A DNA stretch of 64,000 bases from an uncultured Phycisphaerales bacterium (GTDB taxonomy: Bacteria > Planctomycetota > Phycisphaerae > Tepidisphaerales > Tepidisphaeraceae). The first letter of the stretch is position 1. Each line of letters starts with the position of its first letter. Below the pieces are notes generated by a model. That model ran no database searches. It was not told the DNA's origin and saw only the letters and a list, made by a program, of their open reading frames with translations. The stretch lies in the NCBI GenBank assembly GCA_963755915.1, contig CAVWLP010000003.1:288001-352000 (forward strand). The letters run 5' to 3'. Position numbers and translations under genes: made by a program. This document shows, piece after piece, positions 12,017 through 22,174 of the stretch.

Positions 12017-12784
12017 GTGTTTCAAACTGTCGCAAAGAAGTTCTTACGGCGAACGGGGTTTTCCGTCCGTCGAATGACACGTTTCGAGCGCCTCCTCCAG
12101 CGCGAATTGGATCGGGGTCAACCCTTCGTCTTTGTCCAGATCGGCGCTAACGACGGAATCAGCTTCGACAAGCTTTTCCAATTCAACCGCGAAAACAAAA
12201 CCAGCGGCCTCGTCGTCGAACCCCTTTCCGATATGTTCGAGCGACTGCGCTTCAATTACCGCAGCCGCCCGTCAATCAAGCCCGTCCGTGTCGCCCTCCA
12301 TCCCACCCAACGCACCGTCAAACTTCACCGCGTCCGGCCCGATTTGGAATACACCTTGCCCCACTGGGCATCGGGAATCGGTTCCCTCGATCCAAATTGG
12401 CATGATAAATGCGGAATTGCCGACGATGCCATGATCGAGGAAGAAGTCCCCGCGATGTCATTGATGGAGCTTCTGAAAGCACACTCGATCACCCGTCTGA
12501 ATCTGCTGCAAACCGATGTCGAGGGCTTCGACGCAGAAGTGATCGGCATGATCGACTTCGACGTCATTCGACCCTCCGTCATCAAATATGAAAGCGTCCA
12601 CTGCGCCGGCCCCGATCCCGCCCTGCGCATTCTGCAAGCCCACGGGTACCAGACCCAACGCGAAGGCGACGACATGATCGCCTGGCTGCGCCACCCCACC
12701 AGCGTCTCTTTCACCAGACATGCTCCGATAGAGCCCGAACCCGACATTCTCACCCCTGCACAAACGCCCTCACTCCCCATCTGA
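12017..12784 (+). CDS. FkbM-family methyltransferase
   Basis: FVQIGANDG, VVEP, LLQTDVEGFD motifs. Confidence 0.85.
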   Translation: MFQTVAKKFLRRTGFSVRRMTRFERLLQRELDRGQPFVFVQIGANDGISFDKLFQFNRENKTSGLVVEPLSDMFERLRFNYRSRPSIKPVRVALHPTQRTVKLHRVRPDLEYTLPHWASGIGSLDPNWHDKCGIADDAMIEEEVPAMSLMELLKAHSITRLNLLQTDVEGFDAEVIGMIDFDVIRPSVIKYESVHCAGPDPALRILQAHGYQTQREGDDMIAWLRHPTSVSFTRHAPIEPEPDILTPAQTPSLPI

Positions 12785-12847
12785 AAGCTGCCGTCCACGC
12801 GAAGATTCGCACCACGGCCAAAAATTCTGTGCGCCGGGGACATCAAG

Positions 12848-12896
12848 ACAAAATTGGACAGTCCGCAACAAAATGGGGCGTTTGGGTAATCTGGGT
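12848..12896 (+). repeat. Dispersed repeat copy A (ACAAAA..ACAGTCCGCAAC followed by three 9-mers)
   Basis: First 30 nt match 52004-52033 at 29/30; an inverted copy lies at 15121-15188. Confidence 0.75.
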
Positions 12897-13071
12897 ATCG
12901 CCCCTGCGTCACTTCTGCCATGATTTTACCACGATTGGTCTTTCTTGTGGGGCGGGCGTATTCGCCCACCGTTTGGATTGCTCGCTCGCCGAGATCGCAA
13001 TCGCGCCGAACGGCAGCCCGGCCGCAATGCGCCCTGAGACTAAAACCGCGCTCTGCGTTCACTCATTTTCT

Positions 13072-13320
13072 TCACGGCTCGCGAATATACACCTGCACTG
13101 AAATCGCCCGGTTTGCAATTACCTGTTTGCCTGAAAGATCGCGCTCCATTTTGGCGGGGTCCGCTACGTCCTTTGCAGAGTCCATTACTACGAATATCAA
13201 AGACTCACATGCAGGGTGCGTGGGGTATGACTGTATGTCATCGTTGATCTGCTTTACAATCTTTTTCCAGTCACCACTTTTGTACAGCCACTTTATCTCG
13301 ACCATTACGCGTGCCGTGTT
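13072..13320 (-). pseudogene. C-terminal fragment of a PD-(D/E)XK (DpnII/MboI-like) nuclease domain
   Basis: VEIK..QINDDIQSYPTHPACESLIFVVMD..DPAKMERDLS resembles the end of this domain family; N-terminal part absent. Confidence 0.55.
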
Positions 13321-14335
13321 GCTGCAGAGGTCTCGACCTGGAAGAGTAGATACCGGCCGCCGCCAAGCGATTCGCCACCTTGCGAACCCGGTCCGGCGAA
13401 CTGCAAAAGACCACCGTTGGCCCTTTTAGCCGCTTGCAAAGCTGCTCCAAGACCTCAAGTTCATCAACGTTGTCGGCCTGCTCGACCCTAATTATCTCGG
13501 AGACAACGGTCTCGAATCGCTCGTGCAAGAATTCGTAGCTGAACCGATCCGCAAAGCCGGCCGCAAGCTCTTTTACGCTCGGACCGAGCATATAGAACTG
13601 ACCGCCTTGCTTAAGCAGTTTGTAGAATGCCTGATTGAGCAGAAATGCGCGCCCGTCATCACTAACACTGCCCGACTTCGGATTCAGCTTGTAGAACTCA
13701 TCGATGACGAAGAAGTCGACATTCTTAAGCGTCTTAAATTGAAGAACCCTTTCCTGCGTAAGGACATATATATTCTTTTTACCGGGTGCTTGGCCGAGAT
13801 GGGTAATAATCCGGAACTCGTTCCGAAACTTTCTGCTGAGTCGGCGACGCGTCTCATCAATTAGGGCGATGGTGGGGACCACGACGACAATGTTTGTGAA
13901 CTTCCGCGTGGCGATGATGGCGTCGATAACAAGACTTTTCCCAAAGCTCGTCGGGGCGCTCAGGATGACATTCTTTCCTGCGGTGAGCTCGCGATACACT
14001 CGCGCCTGCGCCTGATGGAACACAATATCCGGCGACATGTGGTCTGGCCGATGAAACTCGTACGCCATTTGATCGCCGATTCCCAGACTGGAGCGATCGA
14101 CATAGGGAAAAAGGCCCACCTCTCGTGTGACCGCGGCAAGCATTGGGGCAACGGCATCAAGCTGCTTTTTGCGGTCCAGAGCCCGCAAAACAAGTTCGCG
14201 CGAAACTGGCCTGTCCGGCGCTCTTGAGACTACCGCCATTATCCCCTTCATGATTGTGAAGGCATTCTCAGCCGTCGTAGCTCGTCTCCTTAGCAAACGC
14301 CGAATGGCGTCCGCCCTTAAGCGATCTTTTGCCAT
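13271..14335 (-). pseudogene. hamB: Hachiman HamB-like DEAD/DEAH helicase, C-terminally truncated
   Basis: SAPTSFGKS, VVPTIALIDE, TQER, DEFYK; the ORF ends just after the start of the second RecA domain; overlaps the upstream HamA-like gene. Confidence 0.75.
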
Positions 14336-14903
14336 GTCCTGAGCGCCTCGTCGAATGAGTTGATCAAGCGTGACTTACTTGCCATGGGCAATAGAATGAG
14401 GTGGATTTTCAGCTTTTTGGGCGGTGGTAGTCCGCGGAAAAACTCGTATTGGGACAGCACCTCCGCAAGAAGGGCCTCCTTGAAGCGCGCGTTGACGGAG
14501 TTGTGTCCCCGAACCGCTCGGCTCTTGTAAGTCAGGAGCACAGGGATGACGACCGCGTCAAAGACCTGATCAAGTGACGTGTTCGGATCCAGCAGCTTTT
14601 TCAGCTTCTTGTAGAAGGGCAGCGTTTCATCAAGCTTGTTAGTAATTGCAGCGAACTCGGTCCGAAGGTAGTTCCTCTGGCTATGTGCGCGGAGTTCAGC
14701 ACAAACGTCTCGCGCAGCCCTTCGCAGCGATGAATAAAATTTGACTTCGCCCAACCACAATTCGAGTTGGGTCTTCGTTCCGACAACGTGAACCGAATCA
14801 AACCCCTTGACAGTGTCATTGGGGGTGTCCTTGTAGAAGAACTTGCTTATGGCGGGGATCGTACCAAACTCCTGCCGCAGAATTATGTGGAGAAGCAGTT
14901 CCC
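14317..14903 (-). pseudogene. hamA: Hachiman HamA (DUF1837)-like nuclease, N-terminally truncated
   Basis: ELLLHIILRQ..ISKFFYKD..VKGFDSVHVV..LWLGEVKFY; homology stops at about 14903 and the upstream frame is repeat-derived. Confidence 0.78.
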
Positions 14904-14991
14904 GCCCCAGGACGGCCCGACCCCGGCTGATCCCGAACCCCGGACACGTAAACCCTGTCCGCCGCCGGGCAAACCGCGCACGCGATATTTC

Positions 14992-15018
14992 CTTCGCGCC
15001 CTTCGCGTTTCCGCGGTT
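14992..15018 (-). repeat. 9-bp-period triplet repeat (AACCGCGGAAACGCGAAGGGCGCGAAG)
   Basis: Three CGCGRA units at 9-nt spacing; a related copy lies at 51929-51956. Confidence 0.55.
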
Positions 15019-15120
15019 AATTCCTTTGCTCGGATCAAACGCAGCGCCGCCGGTCTGGAATCGAGTCCTGAAATTCCGCAACCCCGCATCTCTAAAAAAA
15101 CACGCTTGAATACAAACAGT

Positions 15121-15188
15121 GCCAATCCCCAAATAACTCCCCCATCTTGCCCATCTTTCCCATCTTGTTGCGGACTGTTACCTTTTGT
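15121..15188 (-). repeat. Dispersed repeat copy B (inverted relative to A and C)
   Basis: Core GTTGCGGACTGT at 15167-15178, preceded by CCCATCTTG/CCCATCTTT/CCCATCTTG. Confidence 0.7.
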
Positions 15189-15283
15189 ACCGACGCCCCT
15201 TTGCGGCGAAAACATTCCGCCCTCGTTAAAATCAAAACCCTGCCGGGCTAAGAAGATGACCTGAACCAGAATGGAAGTCCCCG

Positions 15284-16054
15284 ATGGTCTCCCTCGATCG
15301 CCTCACCAAAACCTTCGGCTCGCAGATCGCCGTCGACGAAATCTCCTTCGACGTGCCTCCCGGCCAGATCGTCGGCTTCCTCGGCCCCAACGGCGCGGGA
15401 AAATCCACCACACTCAAAATGCTCACCGGCATGCTCCAGCCCACCCGCGGGACCGCCAAAATCTGCGGGTTCGACCTGCTCACCAATCCCATCGACGTCA
15501 AACGCAACGTCGGCTTCGTCCCCGAATCCGGCGCGGTCTTCGAATCCCTCTCCGGCCTGGAATATCTGGAAATGATCGCCGCCCTCTACGGCATCCCCCG
15601 CACCGCCGCCCGCGAGCGCATCCGGCAGTTCATCGCCTTCTTCGATCTCAGCTTCGAAACCCTCACCGAAAAACTCCTCGGCGCGTATTCCAAGGGAATG
15701 CGCCGCAAGGTCGTCATCACCGCCGCCCTGCTCCACAATCCGCCGGTCGTCTTCTTCGACGAGCCGCTCGACGGCCTCGACGCCAACGCCGCCGTCGGGT
15801 TCAAGGCCCTCATCCAGACCCTGGCCCGCGAAGGCAAAACCATCGTCTACAGCTCCCACATCCTCGACGTCGTCGAGCGCGTCTGCCATCGCGTCATCAT
15901 CATCGACAAGGGCAAGCTCCTGCTCGACGGCAAGCCGGACGAGCTGGTCGCCTCCCACAACTCCGGCACGCTCGAGCGTCTCTTCACCCAACTGACCGGC
16001 GGCACCGAACTCGAACAGCGCGCCGAGGACTTCGCAAAGACTTTCCGACCCTAA
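15284..16054 (+). CDS. ABC-2 type transporter ATP-binding protein
   Basis: GPNGAGKS, YSKGM signature, FFDEP, SSH. Confidence 0.93.
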   Translation: MVSLDRLTKTFGSQIAVDEISFDVPPGQIVGFLGPNGAGKSTTLKMLTGMLQPTRGTAKICGFDLLTNPIDVKRNVGFVPESGAVFESLSGLEYLEMIAALYGIPRTAARERIRQFIAFFDLSFETLTEKLLGAYSKGMRRKVVITAALLHNPPVVFFDEPLDGLDANAAVGFKALIQTLAREGKTIVYSSHILDVVERVCHRVIIIDKGKLLLDGKPDELVASHNSGTLERLFTQLTGGTELEQRAEDFAKTFRP

Positions 16055-16063
16055 GTAACTCCA

Positions 16064-17707
16064 ATGACCGACACTGCTTTGAGCGAAACCGCCCCACCCA
16101 CTGACAAAACACTGCGCCGCCTATTTCTCACCCTCTTCCTTCGCGGCCGCAGCTCGCGCGGGCTCCAGAAACAAACCGCTCCCAAATCCATCGGCGAAAA
16201 GCTTTCCCTCACGCTCCTGTTCTACGCCCTCTTCGGCCTGCTGGCCCTGTCCTTCATCACCCAGCCGATCTTCGCCCTTTCGGTTTACCTGCACTCGATG
16301 AGCTTCATGTTCCTGGGGATGTTCGTCGCCGCCTCGGCCGGTGAAGTGCTTTTCAACAAGGAGGAAGCCGACATTCTCCTGCATCGTCCCGCCTCCTCCT
16401 CGGCGATGCTCTGGGCGAAAATCCGCGTGCTGATCGAAATCTCGCTCTGGATGGCCGGGGCATTCAATCTCGTCGGCCTTTTCGCCGGCGTGTTCGCCCG
16501 CAACGGCACCTGGTGGTTTCCGCTGGCCCACGCGCTTTCGACAGTGCTCGAAGCCCTTTTCTGCGCCAGCTTCGTCGTGGTGATCTACCAGCTATGTTTC
16601 CGCTGGTTTGGCCGGCAGCGACTTGAAGGACTCATCACCACTCTTCAGGTGGCCGTCTCCATCGGGGCGGTGCTCAGCAGCCAGGTGCTTTCGCAAATGA
16701 TGGCGCGCGGCGGCCGGATGCTCGTCATCGACCAGCACTCCTGGTGGATCGGCCTGCTTCCCCCGGCGTGGTTTGCAGGCATCGACGACGCCCTCGCCGG
16801 CAGCGGAGCTCGAAGCTCCTGGATCCTGGCGTTTTGCGCCGTCGCCGCCACCGCTGTCACAATGTGGATGGCCTTCGGCAAACTGGTTCACGATTACGAA
16901 TCGGGCATGCAGAGCCTCTCCGAGACCGTCTCCAAAAAACGCAAATCGCGCGAGGGGCGCCGCTGGATTGAGCGTCTCGTCGATTTGCCGCCGCTGCGCT
17001 GGTGGCTGCGCGATCCGGTGGAGCGGGCGTCATTTCTGCTCGTTGCCGCCTATCTCCTGCGCGACCGCGACGTCAAGCTGCGCGTCTATCCCGGCCTGGC
17101 GCCGTTCATGGCGATTCCGATCATGTTCATGTTTCAGGGCCACGGGGCAGGTCACGGGGCAAAGGACCCATGGTTCGGCGGATTTCGGATCACTTTCATC
17201 GCCGCCTACGTCGGCCTCGTGCCATTGCTGGGGGTGAGCATGCTGCAATATTCCCAGCAGTGGCAGGCATCCGACATTTTCCGCGCCGCGCCGATTTTCG
17301 GCCCCGCGCCTCTTTGCAACGGCGCGCGGCGGGCCGTGCTATTTTTCCTCACGCTGCCGCTGCTGGTCATCTTCGCGGCCCTCATCTGGTTGCCGGGGCA
17401 CGACCCCGCGCAATTGCTGATGCTCATTCCGGGCGTCATCGCGATTCCGATCTACTCGCTGGTGCCGACGATCGGCGGCGGTGGAATTCCCCTCTCCCAG
17501 CCAACTGAAGAGGCGAAATCCGCCGGCCGCGGGCTGACAATGATCGTGGCCAGTTTCACTTCGTTGGCGTTGGGCGGGTTGGCACTGATATCGTGGAACC
17601 TGGGGTTCTTCTGGTGGCTCGTGGCGATCGAATCTCTCGTGGCCGGCACTCTGTACGTCCTGCTGCGACGATCGCTCGCGCGGGCGATGTGGCAGTCGAT
17701 GGAATAA
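16064..17707 (+). CDS. ABC-2 type permease (multi-pass membrane protein)
   Basis: About 12-14 hydrophobic segments, 9 nt downstream of the ATPase. Confidence 0.8.
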   Translation: MTDTALSETAPPTDKTLRRLFLTLFLRGRSSRGLQKQTAPKSIGEKLSLTLLFYALFGLLALSFITQPIFALSVYLHSMSFMFLGMFVAASAGEVLFNKEEADILLHRPASSSAMLWAKIRVLIEISLWMAGAFNLVGLFAGVFARNGTWWFPLAHALSTVLEALFCASFVVVIYQLCFRWFGRQRLEGLITTLQVAVSIGAVLSSQVLSQMMARGGRMLVIDQHSWWIGLLPPAWFAGIDDALAGSGARSSWILAFCAVAATAVTMWMAFGKLVHDYESGMQSLSETVSKKRKSREGRRWIERLVDLPPLRWWLRDPVERASFLLVAAYLLRDRDVKLRVYPGLAPFMAIPIMFMFQGHGAGHGAKDPWFGGFRITFIAAYVGLVPLLGVSMLQYSQQWQASDIFRAAPIFGPAPLCNGARRAVLFFLTLPLLVIFAALIWLPGHDPAQLLMLIPGVIAIPIYSLVPTIGGGGIPLSQPTEEAKSAGRGLTMIVASFTSLALGGLALISWNLGFFWWLVAIESLVAGTLYVLLRRSLARAMWQSME

Positions 17708-17719
17708 TCCGGCGAAAAT

Positions 17720-18250
17720 TCACGCCGTCTCAAATCCCGGCGCCACGTGGGACCAGTTTCCGCCGTTGTAGTTCGCCAGGCCGCAGATAGCGTCGAATTT
17801 GAGGATCTCCCGGCGCAGATCGTTGAGGGCGCCGTCCGAATTCTGGTCCTTTTCGGCGCGAAGCGCCAGCAGGAAGGCGCTGAGCTTGTCGAACAGCACG
17901 TCGAGCTGGCTGTTCTCCTCGACGCGGAGCCAGAATTTCGCCTTGAAGTGCTCGACGCTGAAATTGAGGATTTCGTCCTGGGCCATGGTGACGACCTTGA
18001 GGATGCGGTCGCGGTCGTGATTCACGAGGGCCTGGTCGGCGGGCTCGGTGGCCAGGCGCTTGCGGATGCGGGCGATCGAGGAGAGCGAGCAATAGGCCCG
18101 GGCCAGCGGCTCGCGGATTTTCATCAGGTTGGAAAACCGCCAGCTATTTTTCGACCAGCGGTAGACGAAGAGAAAGACGACCAGGATCTGTCCAAGCGCC
18201 AGCAGCGCCTGGACGGTGATGGTGATGGCAAATGTTGCGGTGGAGTTCAT
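17720..18250 (-). CDS. Hypothetical protein with N-terminal membrane anchor
   Basis: GC3-rich codon pattern on the minus strand, one TM helix, AGAGG before ATG. Confidence 0.6.
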   Translation of the reverse strand: MNSTATFAITITVQALLALGQILVVFLFVYRWSKNSWRFSNLMKIREPLARAYCSLSSIARIRKRLATEPADQALVNHDRDRILKVVTMAQDEILNFSVEHFKAKFWLRVEENSQLDVLFDKLSAFLLALRAEKDQNSDGALNDLRREILKFDAICGLANYNGGNWSHVAPGFETA

Positions 18251-18361
18251 TCGAATTCCTCTCGTGATGGGCGGCCGGCGCCCATCGCGCTGGCCGCGGC
18301 GAAGGAACATTGTAGTATGTTATCAAGGAAAGCCGCTGCACCAGTTGGTAAGGAGAAGTTC

Positions 18362-18634
18362 ATGGCAAAGAAAAAGAAGGTGGTCAAGAAGACCCCCAAG
18401 AAGGTTTCCCCAAAGAAAGCCAAAAAGCTGAAGAAAAGCGCGCCCAAGCCGAAATCGAAGCCCAAAAAGTTCGCTTCCGCCGCGGCGGCTCCCGCGCCGG
18501 TGATCACGCACGAAATGATCGCCAAGCGGGCGTACGAGCTCTGGCTGAAAAAGAGCCACGGGGCGCATTCGAACAACTCGGTTCAAAACTGGCTAGAAGC
18601 CGAGGCGGAATTACGGACGGGTGGGAAGAAATAG
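18362..18634 (+). CDS. DUF2934-domain protein with Lys-rich N-terminus
   Basis: AAGGAG RBS; IAKRAYELW..NWLEAEAEL motif; MAKKKKVVKKTPKK tail. Confidence 0.8.
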   Translation: MAKKKKVVKKTPKKVSPKKAKKLKKSAPKPKSKPKKFASAAAAPAPVITHEMIAKRAYELWLKKSHGAHSNNSVQNWLEAEAELRTGGKK

Positions 18635-18691
18635 GCGCGTGTCCGGATGGGACTAAACGCCGTTGGTGGCGTTTGTGTCAGGCCGGGAAAT

Positions 18692-19794
18692 TCAAAAATC
18701 TGAAGCGATCGCGCTGCGTTCACCGACGCACAGATGCCTGGGATTTCGTCGCTGGCGCTTGGGAAGCAGGCTGGCCGGCCGTTCTCGGCCCGCGCCGGCG
18801 GCGACGATCATCGCGACGCCGAGCAATCCGGCCGCTCCCTTCCAGAGCAGCGCGTTTCCTGGTTGAGCCGCATCGCAACCCCGTTGGCGACCTGCGCCAG
18901 TGCGGCCGCGTCCGAGATCAGGAGCTTCTCCATGAAATCGACCGACTGCCCGGCCGAGGCAAAGACGCCCGGACGCTGAAGGATTTCTCTGAATGCGATC
19001 AGCTCGGTATTGATCCCCAAAATCCCGTCGGACCATGACAAATCCGGCGGATCGTGCGAGACATTTCTTTCGGTCGAAGTCGAGGCGATCGCCGGCGTTG
19101 GGGCGTTGATGACGGCCGAGGCAACACTTGCTCCGCCCCCGGCTGCGGAAGCGTGGGCAATACCCGATTGGTCGGCCTGCGGAAGCGTAACCGCCGGGTG
19201 AGGCGCGATTGCGTTGGATTGCGTCTGATTCACCGAAACGGCGGGCGTAGTATTTGCCGCGGCCGCAACGACAACCGCAGGCGGAGCCGGGAGTGGGGGC
19301 GGGGTCGGCATTGCCGGATCATCATCGGCCCTGCGGTAGTCCGCGCGTGCCGTGATAAGCACTGCCCCCCATGATTTGCCGCCGCCGTTCGATGCGGTCG
19401 CATAGACGCCGTCTCCCATCGACGAACTCGCCTGGGAACTCGCCTGGACGAGCATGAAGTTCATCGGCTGACCGTCCGGATGCGACCATGGCCCGATTGA
19501 CGACGCCCCCTCGGCCCTGGTCCAGTCGACAGTCACCGATTTCGTATCGGTTGGTGGCACATCGGCAGGTTTCGAGGAGACAGCATTGCCGCTGGATGAT
19601 GCAACTTCATCCGCGGCACGAACGACGAAAGCGGAAACTCCCGGCGTGGAATCGGTCCGTACCTCCAGCGCCCGCTGCGCGTCATACAGCCCGGCGGACA
19701 GCAGCGTCCTTGTCTCCAGGCCTTCGAGCAATGCGCGGCCGTCGCGACGCGGCCTCTTTCTTGTTTGCTCAAGCTCCAGATGTTCAGATGGCAT
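18692..19794 (-). CDS. LEPR-XLL-motif planctomycete exported protein, Ala/Pro/Ser-rich, probable C-terminal TM (frameshift near 18855)
   Basis: LEGLETRTLLS motif; the alternative frame gives WKGAAGLLGVAMIVAAG followed by a basic tail. Confidence 0.6.
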
Positions 19795-19811
19795 GGAACC
19801 TCCGCATCTCA

Positions 19812-21365
19812 CTACTCATTTTTTGCAGCCAATTTGTTTGACAACAGGGCCTCGGCATTTGGACGGACCGTGGGGAGCCTGACGATGAACGTCGTCCCCG
19901 CGCCCGGGACGCTGGTGAAGGAGATATCGCCCCCATGCGCGGCGGTGATGCTCTTGCAGATCGCCAGCCCCAGCCCGGACCCGCCGGTGCCGCCGTTGCG
20001 GGACTTGTCGGCGCGGAAAAATCGCTGGAAGATCCGCGGCTGATCCTCCTGCGGAATACCGCTTCCGGTGTCGGTGACCTTTACAACCGCCATTTCGTCT
20101 TCGCGTGAAACGCCGATCTTCACGCTCCCGCCGTCGCGGTTGTACTGGATCGCGTTGCCGATCAGGTTCGTCATCAGACGCAGAAAGTGGTTCCGATCGG
20201 CTTCGATCTGCACCGCGGGGCCTTGCGCGCTGAGGGTTATGGACCGGCGTTTGGCAATTGGAACCAGCAGCGAAATGCAATCCTCGACTGCATTGACCAC
20301 GTCAAACCGGCAATATTCCAGGTTGAGTGCGTCGGCATCGGCGCGGGCCAAAAGCAGCAGCGAATCCACCAGCGCGTTCATTCGCCGGGAGGCGCGGAGA
20401 TTCGACTCGATGGTTTGCCGATATTCCTGGGTCGAGCGCTCGCGGGAAAGGGCCAGCTCGCTGCCGGCGTGGATGATGGCCAGCGGTGTGCGCAGCTCGT
20501 GGGAAGCATCGGCGGTGAACTGCGTCTGCCGGCGAAATGCCGATTCGAGGCGATCGAAGGTGTTGTTCAGGGTATGCGCCAGCGAACCGAGTTCGCTTTG
20601 AACCTCCGACCCATCGATCCGTAGCGACAAATCCGAAGCCGAAATCGCGCGGGCCGTCTCACTAATCAAGCGAATGGGCCGCAGCACGCGCTGCGAAAGG
20701 GCGAACCCGCCGAATAGTCCGATTATCATGACCAATCCGCCCGCGCCGGCGAGGCTCCAGCGCAGGTCGGCGAGGGCCGCCTGTTCGTGAGTGATCGAGC
20801 GGCCCACCAGGATCGTCGAGCCCGCGGGACCGGGCAGGATGATTTCGCGAACGTCATCGCGCTGGCGGAACTCAGGCGCCGGGCCTTGCGAAATCGTCGA
20901 AACGCTGGCGACGAACGGAACCGGCGCCGCCGGGCATGCGAGCGATTGACGAACGATTGAGCCGTCCGGTCCCCAGACGATGAAATAAGGCTGCTGAGAA
21001 TCGTCCCAGCCGAGGCGGCGAAGACAGTCCTGCGGAATCGCCCGGAGCTGCGCCAGCGGCGAGACCGGCGGTGTAGGGTTTATCAGGTCGGTTTCTGGCG
21101 GGGCATCGGTAGCGGTGCCCGGCGAGAAATCGGTCTGGCGAAGCGTTGCCATTGCCAGTTGCTGGCTTGGTACGGAATTCTGAAGATGCGATCCGGGAAT
21201 AGCGAGGGCGGAAAAAACGCGAGCTGCGCCGGCGAGCTCGCCGTCGATTTCGGTGTAGGTTGTCCGCGAAGCGGAATAGTAGAGCACCGCTCCCAAGCTG
21301 GAGACGGCCACAAACAATATGGCCGCATGCCAGAGCTGGAGGGTCCAACGGATCGACTTGAACAT
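19812..21365 (-). CDS. HAMP-domain sensor histidine kinase
   Basis: Two TMs, HAMP, ASHELRTPL, HATPase boxes. Confidence 0.93.
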   Translation of the reverse strand: MFKSIRWTLQLWHAAILFVAVSSLGAVLYYSASRTTYTEIDGELAGAARVFSALAIPGSHLQNSVPSQQLAMATLRQTDFSPGTATDAPPETDLINPTPPVSPLAQLRAIPQDCLRRLGWDDSQQPYFIVWGPDGSIVRQSLACPAAPVPFVASVSTISQGPAPEFRQRDDVREIILPGPAGSTILVGRSITHEQAALADLRWSLAGAGGLVMIIGLFGGFALSQRVLRPIRLISETARAISASDLSLRIDGSEVQSELGSLAHTLNNTFDRLESAFRRQTQFTADASHELRTPLAIIHAGSELALSRERSTQEYRQTIESNLRASRRMNALVDSLLLLARADADALNLEYCRFDVVNAVEDCISLLVPIAKRRSITLSAQGPAVQIEADRNHFLRLMTNLIGNAIQYNRDGGSVKIGVSREDEMAVVKVTDTGSGIPQEDQPRIFQRFFRADKSRNGGTGGSGLGLAICKSITAAHGGDISFTSVPGAGTTFIVRLPTVRPNAEALLSNKLAAKNE

Positions 21366-21368
21366 GGT

Positions 21369-22064
21369 CTATAGTTGCGTCGGCGGCTGCTTCTCAGCCG
21401 CGCAGAGTCCTTCCCCTACCAGATAACCCTGCCCGCGTCGGGTGACGATGAATTCCTTGCCGAGCTTTTTCCGCACGTTGGAAACGTGCACGTCGACAAG
21501 ATTGGACAAACTATCGTCCTCCTCGTCAAACAAATGTTCGTAAATCATGTTGCGGGCAACCAATTCACCCCGATGCAGGGCCAAAAGTTGCACCAATGAG
21601 TATTCGCGGGGGGTTAAAAATATCTGCTGGCCGGACTTAAAAACGGTCCGCTTGGAGGTGTCAACCTGGATTTCGCCAACGCTGATGACCGGATCGGCCT
21701 TGCCGGCGGCGCGGCGCACCAAGGCCCGCAGACGGGCGAGAAGCTCGTCCAGCTCGAAGGGTTTTTTGACGTAATCATCCGCCCCCAGGTCCAGTCCAGA
21801 AACGCGGTCGTGAACGGCATCGCGAGCTGTAAGTACCAGCACCGGAACGGTTTGCCCCTCTTTGCGAAGCTGGCGGAGCACCTCCCAGCCGTCCATGACG
21901 GGGAGCATGAGGTCCAGCACAATGGCGTCGTAATGTCCGCTGGAGGCTTTATAGAGGGCCTCCTTGCCGTTGGTGGCCGAATCGACGGCATACCCTTCTT
22001 CCCGAAGTGATTGTGAGAGCACGTCTAACAGATCAGTCTCATCCTCAACAACGAGCACGCGCAT
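21369..22064 (-). CDS. OmpR-family response regulator
   Basis: MRVLVVED receiver, GADDY, LTPRE..VDVHVSNVRKKL..TRRGQGY winged helix. Confidence 0.93.
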   Translation of the reverse strand: MRVLVVEDETDLLDVLSQSLREEGYAVDSATNGKEALYKASSGHYDAIVLDLMLPVMDGWEVLRQLRKEGQTVPVLVLTARDAVHDRVSGLDLGADDYVKKPFELDELLARLRALVRRAAGKADPVISVGEIQVDTSKRTVFKSGQQIFLTPREYSLVQLLALHRGELVARNMIYEHLFDEEDDSLSNLVDVHVSNVRKKLGKEFIVTRRGQGYLVGEGLCAAEKQPPTQL

Positions 22065-22138
22065 TTGATTTACCTGCCACTGTAAATGGTTGAACAAATG
22101 GAGTGGTTACACAACCGGCCATCATGATTACAAAAGCC

Positions 22139-22169
22139 AACCTTAAGATGGCGTGAAGAACCTTAAGAT
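22139..22169. promoter_or_regulatory. Direct repeat AACCTTAAGAT x2, candidate OmpR-family (PmrA/QseB-like) binding site
   Basis: Two 11-nt copies 20 nt apart with a GTGAAG half-site between them, about 75-105 nt upstream of the regulator start. Confidence 0.45.
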
Positions 22170-22174
22170 TCGCC

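Noticed and set aside
14904-15132. N-terminal part of ORF 14317-15132 as real HamA sequence
   Set aside because: It reads through intergenic repeats and shows no HamA-like character; homology starts at ELLLH
17879-17897. TTCGACAAGCTCAG on the minus strand as another micro-element copy
   Set aside because: Spacer is 2 nt, no 4-bp stem in register, no tail; it encodes an ordinary FDKL within a helix
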